Of a stretch of 64,000 nt of DNA, positions 63,821 to 64,000 are shown one piece after another (position 1 is the first letter of the stretch; each line of letters begins with the position of its first letter). The DNA comes from Octopus vulgaris (lineage: Eukaryota), in assembly GCA_951406725.2 (NCBI GenBank), contig OX597835.1:41850001-41914000 (forward strand), written 5' to 3'. A program made the position numbers and the translations under genes. The notes beneath the pieces were generated by a model. That model did no database searches, was not told where the DNA came from, and saw only the letters and a list, made by a program, of their open reading frames with translations.

Positions 63821-64000
63821 TTCACCTTCTTCTCCTTCTTCGTCTTCTTGCCATTGGCTAATGATGCACTGAGGCTGCGATATCTCCAGTAATACCTTAA
63901 TGGTGAGCAGGTGTGATTGCTATTTGTTGGACACGCTTTTCTGCAGCTCACCTCCTTGATGGAACTACAGTCCTGGGTCAGGCATAGACTAAGGCAGGGC

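Noticed and set aside
63655-63951. Poly-Glu / poly-Ser ORFs
   Set aside because: Derived from a (TCT)n microsatellite with no other coding evidence inside the window.

Overview
AT-rich eukaryotic genomic DNA dominated by repeats. The repeat families and the style of C2H2 gene point to a coleoid cephalopod, most likely Octopus (inference). Two genes are well supported: a 3-exon ZNF593/Bud20 orthologue on the minus strand (14149-13950, 10413-10351, 3513-3375; 133 aa) and a tandem C2H2 zinc-finger gene with a single coding exon (44495-45421, +). There is also an orphan ORF of about 290 codons (19203-20096, -), interleaved with a tentative plus-strand chain of small phase-compatible exons. The rest is mobile DNA: a near-intact 5'-truncated CR1-type LINE, a decayed Tx1/L1-clade LINE, RTE fragments, a DD37D Tc1/mariner, Helitron-, piggyBac-, pogo- and Merlin-like non-autonomous elements, Penelope-like repeats with a hammerhead motif, several tRNA-derived SINE families, a 24-bp minisatellite with higher-order structure, and large microsatellites. 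The most interesting signal is an apparent site-specific system in which a Tx1-like LINE, and a SINE carrying its 3' tail, insert at one fixed GGTATTTCG site inside copies of that same SINE. All calls were made by eye with no database searches, and repeat boundaries are approximate.
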